Shown: positions 1-17,651 of the stretch, piece after piece
Numbering within the stretch: the stretch's first letter is position 1
How the letters are laid out: each line of letters begins with the position of its first letter
Source of the DNA: Eledone cirrhosa
Taxonomy: Eukaryota
NCBI GenBank assembly: GCA_964016885.1
Contig: OZ024740.1
Span: 414,594,001 to 414,658,000, forward strand
Direction of reading: 5' to 3'
Length of the DNA: 64,000 bases
Position numbers and translations under genes: made by a program
Notes under the pieces: generated by a model
Database searches by the model: none
Told to the model about the DNA's origin: nothing
What the model saw: the letters and a program-made list of their open reading frames with translations, nothing else

Positions 1-2560
<2,560 letters not shown>

Positions 2561-5500
2561 ATGAAAATAGTAAGAGAGATAATGAAGGGAAAAAAAGAAG
2601 AGGAAAGTAAGTGAGGTAACGTGAGTAAAGAGAAGGAATAGAGAGACATCTATTGACAGAATTGGCAATGATAAAGAAAGAGAGAGAGAGAGAGAAAGAA
2701 AGAAAGCGAGATAGGGAGAGGGAGAGAGAGAGAAGGAGAGAAATGAAGAAAATGAGGAAAGTAGAAAGAAAGAAAATATAGGTAGAGAAGAGATGTTTTA
2801 GCTTCTACTTCTGCTTGCAACTGACAGATGATAATTTTGAATAAATATTCAAGTTATGTTGTTGTTGTATAGCCCTGGGTAATCCATGACTAAACAGACC
2901 TATAATCAAACAATTCTACCCTTGAATACCCAGTCTTTTTTCAGGCATATTGTATCAAGAACTACATTATTCAGTGTATTTTATTTAGATTTTTAAGACA
3001 GAAAAGAGTATGACATGAGAAAGATTTGGCGACTATTCTTAGCAAGTTGAGCGGCCATATATAGGTGTCCTCATCAGTTAGAAGTTATATTACTGTTGCT
3101 GTGGTTAGAGAACTTTCGCAATCTCTATCCAAGCAGACATCAAATTTGACCAAATGCTTGGAATCCTCCTGCAGATCCAGCGCCACCCTTACAATGTCCA
3201 ACTTGACATATCACCCAATAGTTGGAAGTATTTGATCAGCACTGTATGGCAATCAGAACCTGTTGCTTCAGTTTGCAATCAATTCTGTTTATAATTGAAG
3301 AATCTCTGCTGGTTGTCTAAATCACAATCATAATTTCTTGGAATATATATGGCATGAGGTCCTTTAGCACAGAGACCCTTCTCCCAACATACACACACAT
3401 GCACACATACACACGTGCATGCATGCACACACACATGCATACATGCACACATACATAGACTGCATTTACAGAGATCATACAAACACAGAGGCAAGACACA
3501 ATACAAATCCATACAAAACTTCCTATAAACAAGCCAACATGGAGGCATCTAGACTGCCATTAATAGCAATAAAATCTTATTCAAATCAAACCCTACTATC
3601 TTCAAAAAGAACAAACAAACAAAAATTTGATCCTAAAATATGTTTGATCAAAGTTGACCTGGGGCTAAATAAGAACCACCAATGAGCAGACACCCACAGA
3701 AGTCCCAAGTTACACTAGTAAACATTATACCATATTGCTATAATGTAAAATTTCAGAAAGTCAAGGTTTGTCAACATGAATCTTTCTACATTATGCAGCT
3801 AACTAATATTTCACATTGCAGAATATTAGTGCAGCATGACTTCAGTTCAGAATTATGTATGGAAAATCTCATTAATGGAACCTAAAGTTGCATCATCATT
3901 TAATACATAATATCAATAATAATTATGATGCTGTCTATCCTACGAATTAATACTTGTTGAATAAGGGTGAAATGGAAAATGAACAGAGTGGGAAAGTGTG
4001 AAATTGTAATAACCACGTCTGTATCAAAGATATGGGGAAATATAAGTAAAGTGGTGCCAATACAGAATAATGGTTTACACAATCATTAACACCATCATAG
4101 TAATAATTGTTTCTACTTTTGGAACAAGGCCAGCAATTACCCCAGTGCATTACTGGTGCTTCATTTTATCAACCCCATAAGGATGAAAAGCAAAGCTCAC
4201 CTTGGTGGGATTTGAACTAAGAACGTAAAGGGTCATACCTCTATGCTGCCAATCCACTGCCCTCATCATAGTAATAATCAACCATTATATTAACAATGCC
4301 ACATTGCTGAATGGTTAAGAGGTATGTTTCACAACCACAAAACCACAGGTTTGATCCCAATACATGGTATCTTGGGTGTCATTTTACCATAGCCTCAGAT
4401 TAACCCAAACCTTATGAGTAAAAGTGGGTAAATGGCAGCCAGTCAGATGGACAGTGCCTGTGATGGACCAACCAAATCAGATACTGTGTCCTGCTGAATC
4501 TACCTGCAGGTTATGTTAAGGTACAAGTAGCTGTGGAATACTCAACCACATACACATTAATTCAATATGCAGGTAGATCCATTGAATAAACAACTGAATA
4601 CTCATCATCATCAAAACCAATAGAGATCCTTTATTTTTAGTGGAGCTCATTATAAATATAACCATCATTGTAATGACTAATGTAAAGTCATGAATCCACA
4701 TATATTAAAGGAAATTTTGTAATACTCATATTTTTAGCAATGCTAGAAATAACAGAGAAATCTCCCTCAAAACACACCCTGATAACTTAAAAAGGGAAGA
4801 AGCAAGAGATAAAATAATCCTAGATACCCCTAAAAAGACAGAATGGCTCTAATTGGAATGCTTTTGAATACAGCTGGTGCCACTATTACTTGTTGGTCAC
4901 TAAATAGCCATAGGAAGGTCAGCCAACATTTATTTTACGAGATTTACAACAGCCATCCCCACTCATGTTAGATAGTAAAAATAAAATCATGTAAGCAAAG
5001 ATGAGATAAGCTGTAAGTGGGATCTCTAGATTTGCTAGTGAAGATAAACAACTGAAATAAATCAATTGAATTCCCAAAGGTAAGGAAATTGTTGCAGTTA
5101 TTGTTCAACCTCAGGTCAGTTCTGAACCAGTAGACCTATGGTAAATGAATTTCACCTATAACCATTCAATCTTTTTTTCTTTTTTATAATTAGGACTACA
5201 TTTCTCTCCATATCTTTCAATAGGGAGAGATTTGGCTGCTGATTCTAACAGTTCCAGTAACCATATAGAGGCTCATAAATATACAGAGTTCACTAACATC
5301 AGCAAATATTTGACGCATAGAGTTACGGCCCTTGCCATTCTGAGTTCAAATCCCGCCAAGGTTAACTTAGCCTTTCATCCTTACGGGGTCGATAAAATAA
5401 AGTACCAGTAATTTACTGGTATAATTGCTGGCCTTGTGCCAATAGTAGAAACAATTATCAGTTATATTTCTCACATTACAATTCAAATGACAATTTACAT

Positions 5501-8500
5501 TATGCACGAACAGTCTAAATAAAATGAGAATAAAATACTTTTAATCATTTTGAATACAATGATAATGTAACTGAATTGTATTTAACAAAGAAATTCAATG
5601 GGAAAATATAATGAAAATGTATTTACAGCATGTTATGAAAACTACGAAAATCAACCACATCAATGGAATAAAATCTACTAATGTAACCTTTTCCTGGATG
5701 ATGTACATATAATCACACTAAGTACAAGATATTAGCTGTAGGTTGTTGAACCATAGAAGGTAGGAGCTTGCTAATTTGGATAGATTTTTAGGGTAAATCA
5801 CCCAAAGTGAAGTTATGAAAGGTAGTTTCCTTGTCCAACAGGATATAAAATCCAATATACCTTTCAAATGTGGAGGGATCATAACCTCAACGGTAATGCA
5901 GTAGCTAATATAAAATGGAGTCATCATCATCATCGTTTAACATTCATTTTCCACGCTATCATGAGTATCATGAGAAAAAACAGACCTTCAAAAAAATTAC
6001 TAGTTATTAAAACAAAATAAACGCACATCTAACCTAAATAAAAAGAAAATCTGAAAATACAACCCCAAATCAGAAACTATATACAAAAATCAACAAAATG
6101 AGTTGAAACCGGCATTTCTAACATACGAAGAGCAACAAAGCAAAGGAAAAACAAATTATAAAACAAACAGACAGCCGCAATAGACAAGTTAGATAAGTAT
6201 GTGCTAAATAATACAGATTATAGTATAAAAATTCTGAAAGTCAAGGTTTCTACATTGTGCAGATCAGCAATATATCACAGCAGATTATATAATAACCTTG
6301 CAATAATGGATGACATACCAAACATAAAAGAAAATACAAGGATTAAATAAATGAATTAAAATTAGGAGGCATTGAAGGATAGCATTTTCACTGAAAATAG
6401 CTGACAAATACCAAGAGAGAATATAAATAGCCATTGAAACAATACAACAAATTCTACCAGATTAAAACCCAGAAATAGACCATATGCACTAAAAGGCAAC
6501 TAATATAATATAGGACCACAAATGGAAAACAAACAAAAGAAAGATAAGGAGGTAAACAACTAATAACATTAGAGAACAAAAATAGAAGAGATACACAAAA
6601 CCAAAAAGAAGGATTGATCAATATTAATAGATATCTGAAATCATTATTCCCAAGTAAAACTAACATAGGAACCATAGTGTCAAAATCAAAATAGAAATAG
6701 CAAAAATTAGAGGGAAACTTAAAACAAATGACAGCTCATCTGAAAAGATTCATAAATGATTTGTTTATCTGTTGTTTTGATCTCATTTTCCATGCTTTTT
6801 CCTTTTTTAAAACAAAGGAATTGTTTTGCAAGGCAACCATGCTAACAGTTTTTTTTTTGTTTTTTTTTAGTTGATTTGGGACTTTTTTCCAACATCCAGA
6901 TCATTTTCCAAGTGCTAACAACTCATCCATAAATTGCCATTGTAAATCAGTCAAACTGAAGCTAGCAGTAATATATTTCTTCACTAGATGCACAAGACAA
7001 TGCCCTGTAGTGAGATTCAAACTCATCACCATGGAGTCAATGACCAGCACCTAAACTTCAGTTATTAAAACAAAGAAAATAACTTAAAGGAAAAAGGAAA
7101 AAATACTCCATTTGGAAATAGCCACAAAAATATAAATTTAGATCAGATTCTTCAGAGGAGAAATTAAAGAATTCCAGTGAGAAATACAAAAGAAGACAAG
7201 GATTACAACAGAGAACCTCATGAATAAAAGACAAATAAAACATACAACATAAACTTCCAAAATAATTTCTAACATAGACACAAGACCTGAAATATGGAAG
7301 GTGGGAACAGTCAATTATTTCAACCCTAGTACTGGACTGATAATTTATTTTACTGACACCACCCCCTCCCTGAAATGTGAAAGTTCCCCTCAATAGGATT
7401 TGAACTCAGACCATAAAGAGTCAGATTATTGAGACAAAGTATTTTGTCCATTGCCTTAATAATTCTGTCGATCGATTGCTCTAGAAATTACAAAAATAAT
7501 TATGACTTTGACACAAATAACCATAAATACAAACAGTAATAGGAAGAAGAGAATGGAAAACTGTAAGAATAGATAATATTCACAAAGATTAGCATAATAC
7601 ATGGTGTGAAGAATTAAAGTTTAACCACATTATTTAATATCTTAAATACTGAATACAAGATTCCTAATTGCAAGCGCTGCCAATTGGGATTGCTGCCAAA
7701 AAGATGTGAAACTACAATCAATCACAATTGTAATCCAATCAAGACTATAAAAGAACCGTTATATAGTTGTTTAACCTGCTAGAAATAGCAGCCAAATCTC
7801 CCTCAAAATACATCCTACTGTTTTAAAAAGGGGAGAAGTTATGTGTATCAAATATAATGTACTCCTGCAGCTTAAAAAAAGACACATGTACGCCTGACTA
7901 CATTATCAATGTAGTTAGGTGTAAATGCTTGTAAGAATTGTAGGATGGTCATAGGTGGAATGTCTTTAATCATAGGTCCGCTCAATCAGTGCTGCCCAGT
8001 ACTATACAAGTACTGACCTATAATATACTTCCATATCCAGATCTAAATTTATTCTTGAATGTTTCAAGAAAATATTTTTGTAAAGGTCTTTTTCCCCTTG
8101 TTGATAATTTATAAGACTTTGAAATTCTCTTGTTTACATGGCTAAAAACCATCATAAACAAAATGAAAAGCCAGCTCTTTTTCAATTGCTAGAAATCAAA
8201 CTAGTAAATAAAAAAAAGAGTTATTTTTCATGCCTAGTTTGTTTATTTGGAATTTATAATCATTTTTGTTTTTACATGTTTTTTCCATGCTGATGTGATG
8301 TTGACAAGATTTCTTTTTATATGACAGTATTCTATGGGTGTGTGTGTCATTCTCAGTGCTAACAATAATTATTTTTAATAAAGGGAATCATCACATATTA
8401 AACTTCTGAGCTGCAGAACATAAACAAACATCCCAGCCTTTACAAACAGTGTCAAATGTGAAACAGAAATGCACATAGGTACAAACAAACAGACAGACAG

Positions 8501-8504
8501 ACAG

Positions 8505-8535
<31 letters not shown>

Positions 8536-10127
8536 TATATATATATATATATATACACACACATGATGGGTTTCTGTACAGTTTCCATTCACCAAATTCC
8601 CTCTCACAGTATTAGTAGGCCTGAAGCTATAGTTTAAAATACTTGCCTAATGTGCCATGTAATGGGACCAAACCTGAAACCAGGTGGTTGCAAAGCAAGA
8701 TAGTTAACCACAGAGCCGTGTCAGAGTTTATTTGTGTAGAAATATGTAGTAATTTCTTATATTTTTTCCTGCAATATATTTTCAGTTAGATTTTCATTTG
8801 AAGCTATTCAGAACTATTTTTATTGCAAAACTACAAAAATGTTATTTTCCATTCAACTTAGTTTTAATCAATTTCTATTTTTTATTGTTTTCTCATTGAG
8901 ACAAGTTTCCCAAACACTAGAATTTTATCACCATCGTTTGTATTGATATGTTCAATGTTGAACAGTTAGATGAGATGTGATAGATATCTATCCATCCAAG
9001 AGTTAATCAGTATTACAAGAGATGAACTTTAAAAGCCAGAAATGTTGAGGAAATATATTCATTTCCTCCTTTATTTGAGATATGTATGACATTATCATAA
9101 TTCGTTATTATATTCATATGTTATTGCTTTCTTTTAAATGTCTTTAGTATTCTAGAAACTTGTAGACTGTCTTTATTTACTGACTGTTTCCATAACACCA
9201 CTAGAAGTGACCAGACTGCCATTTATATATATATATATATATAACAGTATCCATCTTATATCTTTAAGCCATTGTGTTGTATTGAATTCACTATATTGTT
9301 CTTGCTTTGTCACTGCATCTTGTTCAATAATTTCAGCATCCTCTTATAAAGTAGATGCAGTGTTTTCATGTATATAGTTGCATTGTCCCTGTAAAAGGGA
9401 AAGGTTTTTCTGTTTTATTTTCAGCAAATCGTATTGCTTCAAGCTTTCTTGGGTGCATTTTTTCTTGGTTTTTCTCAGGCATTTTATATCTAATACCAAC
9501 AACTCATTGTAGTCTTAGACAAGATATTTTTTTAAGATGGTAGAGAGTGATTTAAGGAAAATGGCTGCTTTTGGGGAAGAAGTGACAAATTCAAAATTTT
9601 AAGTGAATAGGAAAATATATTCTTTCATTCTTTTACTGGGTCTCAGGATACGCAATCTTTGTGCATCCATCCCATGCCTCCCAGGATAGGTTTCAGGCCC
9701 ATCACCAGTTTTTGTGGCAAGAAATGGTAACTGCAATACATTTTTCGAACAGGCCCCTGTACCTCAGGCCTGAACGCATCCCTTCTTAACCTGTGTGAAG
9801 GACGATGCGATATGACTCTTTTTTTTTGTTCCTCTCATTATATTGCAGTTGCAGTTTCGGTGATCTTATTCATGCCAGTCATCAGTCTGGTATTTTGTCA
9901 GACTCGAAAAGACTAGGCTTTTTTAGAGGCAGCCTTTATTCACCTTTTTGTAGCTACATCACTGGGTTGTGAATGTTTTCTGGGGAGCTACAGGTGTCAC
10001 CTATTGCTCTATCTCCCCTAGTAGCTTACCCCTGTGGCAATACTGGCTCTAGTACTTATTTCAGCCTGGTGTATATTTTATTGACCTTCAACTGCTAAGT
10101 TATATTGTCGGACATAAAGAGATACAA

Positions 10128-10910
10128 GATGTCAAAAAATTCTCTGACTTTATATTTTCCCATATGAGGTAATGATGATAGGTAGACAAAAGTGTACAGA
10201 GTGAAATTGCATTCATTCATGCACATGCATAATTATTGATGAACTTGCTGAATGTGTGAGTCACTGTCATACAGCCAGCATGTAAGATCCTGTACTACTT
10301 AATCCTAAGTTCCTGAATGCCATGATAACTAGAGATGAGATGCTGGTGTACAGATACAACACAATAACCAAAGTTCAGTCATCACAGTGGAAGCATCACC
10401 AAGTTCTAGAAAAGCACAACAGGTGCAGAATGAAATCAAGGTGAGGTTGACTGCTTTCTTCAACCACTGAATGAGGCATTATGCATCATGAATATGCCCT
10501 CGAAGAACAAACAGTTACAAAGGAGTACTATCAGGACTCTTTGATATTTTCGTGATCCAGTTTGATGCAATAGACTGTGGGCCTCACAAAACTGGCATTT
10601 GCATCTTGATAATGTACTGGATCATTTTTCAAAGCGGATCCATTGCCAGGCTCTATACTCTCCAGCCATGGCCCCTATTGACATCTGGTTGTTCCCCAAA
10701 ATAAAAATGCCAATGAAATTCTCTCACTTTGAGAGTCAATAGGCCATCGTGTGGACTGTGACAGAGGAGCTGAGAGTCATTCGAGAAGAAGCATTCCAGA
10801 CATACTTTGAACAGTAGAAGTATTGCTGGGCTATGTATGTGGAGGAACAAGGGAGATATGTCTAAGATGAACCATGCCAACTATGTCATTTCAGACATTC
10901 CTGATTAGTC
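10128..10910 (+). mobile_element. Decayed mariner (Tc1/mariner) transposase remnant
   Basis: Broken frames read FLNAMITRDEMLVYRY..KVQSSQWKH, GIMHHEYA..QTVTKEYY, WHLHLDN, LYSPAMAPIDIWLFPKIK and EAFQTYFEQ*KYCW. These match the mariner ITGDE, HHDNA and YSPDLAPxDFWLFPKLK motifs. Stops and frameshifts are present. Confidence 0.85.
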
Positions 10911-11205
10911 AATATATATATTTTGTATCAAGTAATCCCTTTAACAACAGTTGAAGATATAGTTCTATGTAATATTATTTATTTTTTTATTAATAGTGCA
11001 GAGGGCGATAGAATCAATAGAACATTGGACAAAAGACCATAGAGTATTTCATCAGGCCCATTTCACATTTAAATCTTGCTTCAGCCAACTTTGCTTTCAT
11101 TTTTTTAAATATTTTCATAAAATAAGTATCAGTCAATTGCTAGAGCCAATTAAGTTGACTAAACCCTTCCCCCAAAATGTGTAGCAGCATGCCTTATTCA
11201 GAAAT

Positions 11206-14200
11206 CTTTACTGACACTCACACCTCTGCTATCACTTTACTGACACTCACCCTCACACCTCTGCTATCACTTTACTGACACTCACCCTCACACCTCTGCT
11301 ATCACTTTACTGACACTCACCCTCACACCTCTGCTATCACTTTACTGACACTCACCCTCACACCTCTGCTATCACTTTACCAACACTCATCCTCACACCT
11401 CTGCTATCACTTTACCGACACTCACCCTCACACCTCTGCTATCACTTTAATGACACTCACCCTCACACCTCTGCTATCACTTTACTGACACTCACCCTCA
11501 CACCTCTGCTATCACTTTACTGACACTCATCCTCACACCTCTGCTATCACTTTACTGACACTCACCCTCACACCTCTGCTATCACTTTACTGACACTCAC
11601 CCTCACACCTCTGCTATCACTTTACTGACACTCACCCTCACACCTCTGCTATCACTTTACTGACACTCACCCTCACACCTCTGCTATCACTTTACCAACA
11701 CTCATCCTCACACCTCTGCTATCACTTTACCGACACTCACCCTCACACCTCTACTATCACTTTACTGACACTCACCCTCACACCTCTGCTATCACTTTAC
11801 TGACACTCACCCCTCTGCTATCACTTTACTGACACTCATCCTTACACCTCTGCTATCACTTTACTGACACTCATCCTCACACCTCTACTATCACTTTACT
11901 GACACTCATCCTCACACCTCTACTATCACTTTACTGACACTCATCCTCACACCTCTACTATCACTTTACTGACACTCACCCTCACACCTCTGCTATCACT
12001 TTACTGACACTCACCCCTCTGCTATCACTTTACTGACACTCATCCTCACACCTCTGCTATCACTTTACTGACACTCATCCTCACACCTCTGCTATCACTT
12101 TACTGACACTCATCCTCACACCTCTGCTATCACTTTACTGACACTCACCCTCACACCTCTGCTATCACTTTACTGACACTCATCCTCACACCTCTGCTAT
12201 CACTTTACTCACACTCACCCTCACACCTCTACTATCACTTTACTGACACTCACCCTCACACCTCTGCTATAACTTTAATGACACTCACCCTCACACCTCT
12301 GCTATCACTTTACTGACACTCACCCTCACACCTCTGCTATCACTTTACTGACACTCACCCTCACACCTCTGCTATCACTTTACTGACACTCACCCTGACA
12401 CCTCTGCTATCACTTTACTGACACTCATCCTCACACCTCTGCTATCACTTTACTCACACTCACCCTCACACCTCTGCTATCACTTTACTCACACTCATCC
12501 TCACACCTCTGCTATCACTTTACTGACACTCACCCTGACACCTCTGCTATCACTTTACTGACACTCACCCTCACACCTCTGCTATCACTTTACTGACACT
12601 CACCCTCACACCTCTGCTATCACTTTACTGACACTCACCCTGACACCTCTGCTATCACTTTACTGACACTCATCCTCACACCTCTGCTATCACTTTACTC
12701 ACACTCACCCTCACACCTCTGCTATCACTTTACTGACACTCATCCTCACACCTCTGCTATCACTTTACTGACACTCACCCTCACACCTCTGCTATCACTT
12801 TACTGACACTCATCCTCACACCTCTGCTATCACTTTACTGACACTCATCCTCACACCTCTGCTATCACTTTACTGACACTCACCCTCACACCTCTGCTAT
12901 CACTTTACTGACACTCACCCTCACACCTCTGCTATCACTTTACTGACACTCACCCTGACACCTCTGCTATCACTTTACTGACACTCACCCTCACACCTCT
13001 GCTATCACTTTACTGACACTCATCCTCACACCTCTGCTATCACTTTACTGGCACTCACCCTGACACCTCTGCTATCACTTTACTGACACTCACCCTGACA
13101 CCTCTGCTATCACTTTACTGACACTCATCCTCACACCTCTGCTATCACTTTACTCACACTCACCCTCACACCTCTGCTATCACTTTACTGACACTCATCC
13201 TCACACCTCTGCTATCACTTTACTGACACTCATCCTCACACCTCTGCTATCACTTTACTGACACTCACCCTCACACCTCTGCTATCACTTTACTGACACT
13301 CACCCTCACACCTCTGCTATCACTTTACTGACACTCACCCTGACACCTCTGCTATCACTTTACTGACACTCACCCTCACACCTCTGCTATCACTTTACTG
13401 ACACTCACCCTCACACCTCTGCTATAACTTTAATGACACTCACCCTCACACCTCTGCTATCACTTTACTGACACTCACCCTCACACCTCTGCTATCACTT
13501 TACTGACACTCACCCTCACACCTCTGCTATCACTTTACTGACACTCACCCTGACACCTCTGCTATCACTTTACTGACACTCATCCTCACACCTCTGCTAT
13601 CACTTTACTCACACTCACCCTCACACCTCTGCTATCACTTTACTGACACTCATCCTCACACCTCTGCTATCACTTTACTGACACTCACCCTGACACCTCT
13701 GCTATCACTTTACTGACACTCATCCTCACACCTCTGCTATCACTTTACTCACACTCACCCTCACACCTCTGCTATCACTTTACTGACACTCATCCTCACA
13801 CCTCTGCTATCACTTTACTGACACTCATCCTCACACCTCTGCTATCACTTTACTGACACTCATCCTCACACCTCTGCTATCACTTTACTGACACTCACCC
13901 TCACACCTCTGCTATCACTTTACTGACACTCATCCTCACACCTCTGCTATCACTTTACTGACACTCATCCTCACACCTCTGCTATAACTTTAATGACACT
14001 CACCCTCACACCTCTGCTATCACTTTACTGACACTCACCCTCACACCTCTGCTATCACTTTACTGACACTCATCCTCACACCTCTGCTATCACTTTACTG
14101 ACACTCATCCTCACACCTCTGCTATAACTTTAATGACACTCACCCTCACACCTCTGCTATCACTTTACTGACACTCACCCTCACACCTCTGCTATCACTT

Positions 14201-15900
14201 TACTGACACTCATCCTCACACCTCTGCTATCACTTTACTGACACTCATCCTCACACCTCTGCTATAACTTTAATGACACTCACCCTCACACCTCTGCTAT
14301 CACTTTACTGACACTCACCCTGACACCTCTGCTATCACTTTACTGACACTCATCCTCACACCTCTGCTATCACTTTACTGACACTCATCCTCACACCTCT
14401 GCTATAACTTTAATGACACTCACCCTCACACCTCTGCTATCACTTTACTGACACTCACCCTCACACCTCTGCTATCACTTTCCTCACACTCACACCTCTA
14501 CTATCACTTTACTGACACTCACACTCACACCTCTGCTATCACTTTACTGACACTCATCCTCACACCTCTGCTATCACTTTACTGACACTCATCCTCACAC
14601 CTCTGCTATAACTTTAATGACACTCACCCTCACACCTCTGCTATCACTTTACTGACACTCACCCTCACACCTCTGCTATCACTTTACTGACACTCACCCT
14701 CACACCTCTGCTATCACTTTACTGACACTCACCCTCACACCTCTGCTATCACTTTACTGACACTCATCCTCACACCTCTGCTATCACTTTACTGACACTC
14801 ACCCTCACACCTCTGCTATCACTTTACTGACACTCACCCTCACACCTCTGCTATCACTTTACTGACACTCACCCTGACACCTCTGCTATCACTTTACTGA
14901 CACTCATCCTCACACCTCTGCTATAACTTTAATGACACTCACCCTCACACCTCTGCTATCACTTTACTGACACTCACCCTCACACCTCTGCTATCACTTT
15001 CCTCACACTCACACCTCTACTATCACTTTACTGACACTCACACTCACACCTCTGCTATCACTTTACTGACACTCATCCTCACACCTCTGCTATCACTTTA
15101 CTGACACTCATCCTCACACCTCTGCTATAACTTTAATGACACTCACCCTCACACCTCTGCTATCACTTTACTGACACTCATCCTCACACCTCTGCTATAA
15201 CTTTAATGACACTCACCCTCACACCTCTGCTATCACTTTACTGACACTCACCCTCACACCTCTGCTATCACTTTCCTCACACTCACACCTCTACTATCAC
15301 TTTACTGACACTCACACTCACACCTCTGCTATCACTTTACTGACACTCATCCTCACACCTCTGCTATCACTTTACTGACACTCATCCTCACACCTCTGCT
15401 ATCACTTTACTGACACTCATCCTCACACCTCTGCTATCACTTTACTGACACTCACCCTCACACCTCTGCTATCACTTTACTGGCACTCACCCTCACACCT
15501 CTGCTATCACTTTACTGACACTCATCCTCACACCTCTGCTATCACTTTACTGGCACTCACCCTCACACCTCTGCTATCACTTTACTGACACTCACCCTCA
15601 CACCTCTGCTACCACTTTACTGACACTCATCCTCACACCTCTGCTATCACTTTACTGACACTCACCCTCACACCTCTGCTATCACTTTACTGACACTCAC
15701 CCTCACACCTCTGCTATCACTTTACTGACACTCATCCTCACACCTCTGCTATCACTTTACTGACACTCACCCTCACACCTCTGCTATCACTTTACTGACA
15801 CTCATCCTCACACCTCTGCTATCACTTTACTGACACTCATCCTCACACCTCTGCTATCACTTTACTGACACTCATCCTCACACCTCTGCTATAACTTTAC
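11206..15900. repeat. 35-bp tandem satellite, ~134 copies (CACTTTACTGACACTCACCCTCACACCTCTGCTAT)
   Basis: Uninterrupted head-to-tail units with a few recurring variants and no spacers. Confidence 0.98.
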
Positions 15901-16019
15901 AAAGTTCAAGGTAGCTGCTACCTCTACTGACAAGAAATGGATTCTATCTATGAGGTAAGGGTAGGTTACATGATGTCTGTGTTTATAGTACAATGTATGC
16001 ATCAATGACAAAGAGATGA

Positions 16020-16300
16020 TTTCAGAAAAAAACTAGGTATAAGAGGAATCAGATGTTGTCTGTAAGACAGGGAACTATGCGGGACAAGACATGCAATGCA
16101 TGTGGATGATAACAGTAGGATAAAAACATGCTAAGTGATCCAAATAGAAAGAAACTATAGAAAAAGAAAACTGAGGAAAATGTGAGTAGAAGTCACGGAA
16201 GCTGATCTTAAATGCTTAATATCATAATGGAGATGACATAGAAACATGACCTGTAATGAGATGTCTGAAAGAAAACACATCTAACTCATGCAAGCATGAA
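16020..16300 (+). mobile_element. Old RTE LINE 3' remnant
   Basis: ATAAGAGGAATCAGATGTTGT and CTCATGCAAGCATG resemble the 3' ORF and tail of the intact RTEs in this window. Confidence 0.65.
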
Positions 16301-17651
16301 AAAAAAAACAGAGCAAAAAAAAAAAATATATAAAAATTATATGATAAGAAAACATTCATCAATTACACTATTCTCTTTCTGCCTGCAGCTGTGAACTCTA
16401 ACACTCCATTGCATACATTAGAGAGCTAAGTACTCTAAGACTGGGAACACTTCTTATATATTTCTATACTGTCACCGTTGTCAATGTGGTAGTCCTTGAT
16501 TAGGACACCTCTGATATGATATTTTTAGAACTTTCTAGAATCTAATTGTATTCATTTTGCTCTAGCGATGTGGTTCATATAACAACCCAAAATAAAAAGA
16601 GAAAAAAAGAGAAAAGGAAAGAGATAGAGAAAGTCGCTAAGTAACAAGACTTTGATAAAAATGTCTAATGAAATAATAGTATTTCATATGACAAGACATT
16701 GAAATGCTGAATACAACACAATACATTAATAATGAGTCTTGTCTAAGCATGGTTAGTAAAAATATCACTGTTAGAACAGTATAGTGTATTGATCTAGTCT
16801 GTCAAGCAAGCTGGAAGATAGGTGAGTTGGTGGGAAGGTGTGGAATTGACATTTACTGGAAGGCATGCTTAAAATGTATAGTTTCAATGGTTAGAAATTC
16901 CACTTAAGAGTGACACACTGCTTTCATCCTTCAGGGATTAATAAAACAAGTAAAAGATCAACTAAAAAACCCAAGAATGAAAAAGGGAAAGAGAGAAACA
17001 AGTGGTATACTCCCAGTGATGCTAGTTTACATCACTAACACACTATATTCACTAACACACAGACTCACTATTTCTAGCCTCTGGCTACTACGGTTGCTAA
17101 AACATTTTCTTCTCCCCTAAACTACCAAGCTATCTCTACCCAAGCTAGGAAATGGCTACAGTAAGAGTTGTTAAGGATTTTCTTTATAAAGCTAGGTGGT
17201 TTGCTCAGTTAGTTATAAGAGAAAGATTTGAGAATATTTAGTAGATTTTTTTTCCGTTAGTTAACAAGCCCTACTGTAACCAATTCCTTGTTATAACAAA
17301 CTTTTTCCTGAAAACAAAGGACAGATAAATTCATAAACTTGCATGTTTGAAAAAAAAACCTAATACAAGCTGATGCATAATTTGCAATTGAAGCTTGTAT
17401 AAGGGTTTGAAAGGCTTTGCGAGGGAACAATCCCACTCTCTGAACATCAAATGCATTTATCCAAAAAGAAGAACTGGTCTACATCATTGGATGCAAACGA
17501 AGTTGCAGATTTTATATCAGCGTGACCTTCTCCTAGAGAGATGTCTTAATGAAGACTAGGAGTCTCTCACTCCACAAAAAAAAAAAACAGCATACACACA
17601 TACACACTTAAATGCATAAATGCATCTAAATTGATAAAGAAAATAACTTAC

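Noticed and set aside
3090-3390. Higher-complexity stretch that could be coding
   Set aside because: I found no sustained open frame, splice pair or recognisable motif. It is probably an ancient TE fragment.
5690-5905. Possible second minus-strand host exon
   Set aside because: An acceptor-like site exists, but all three frames hit stops before a donor and the peptide is unrecognisable.
11206-15900. CRISPR-like array (35-bp repeat)
   Set aside because: Units are contiguous with no unique spacers, there are no cas genes, and the context is eukaryotic.
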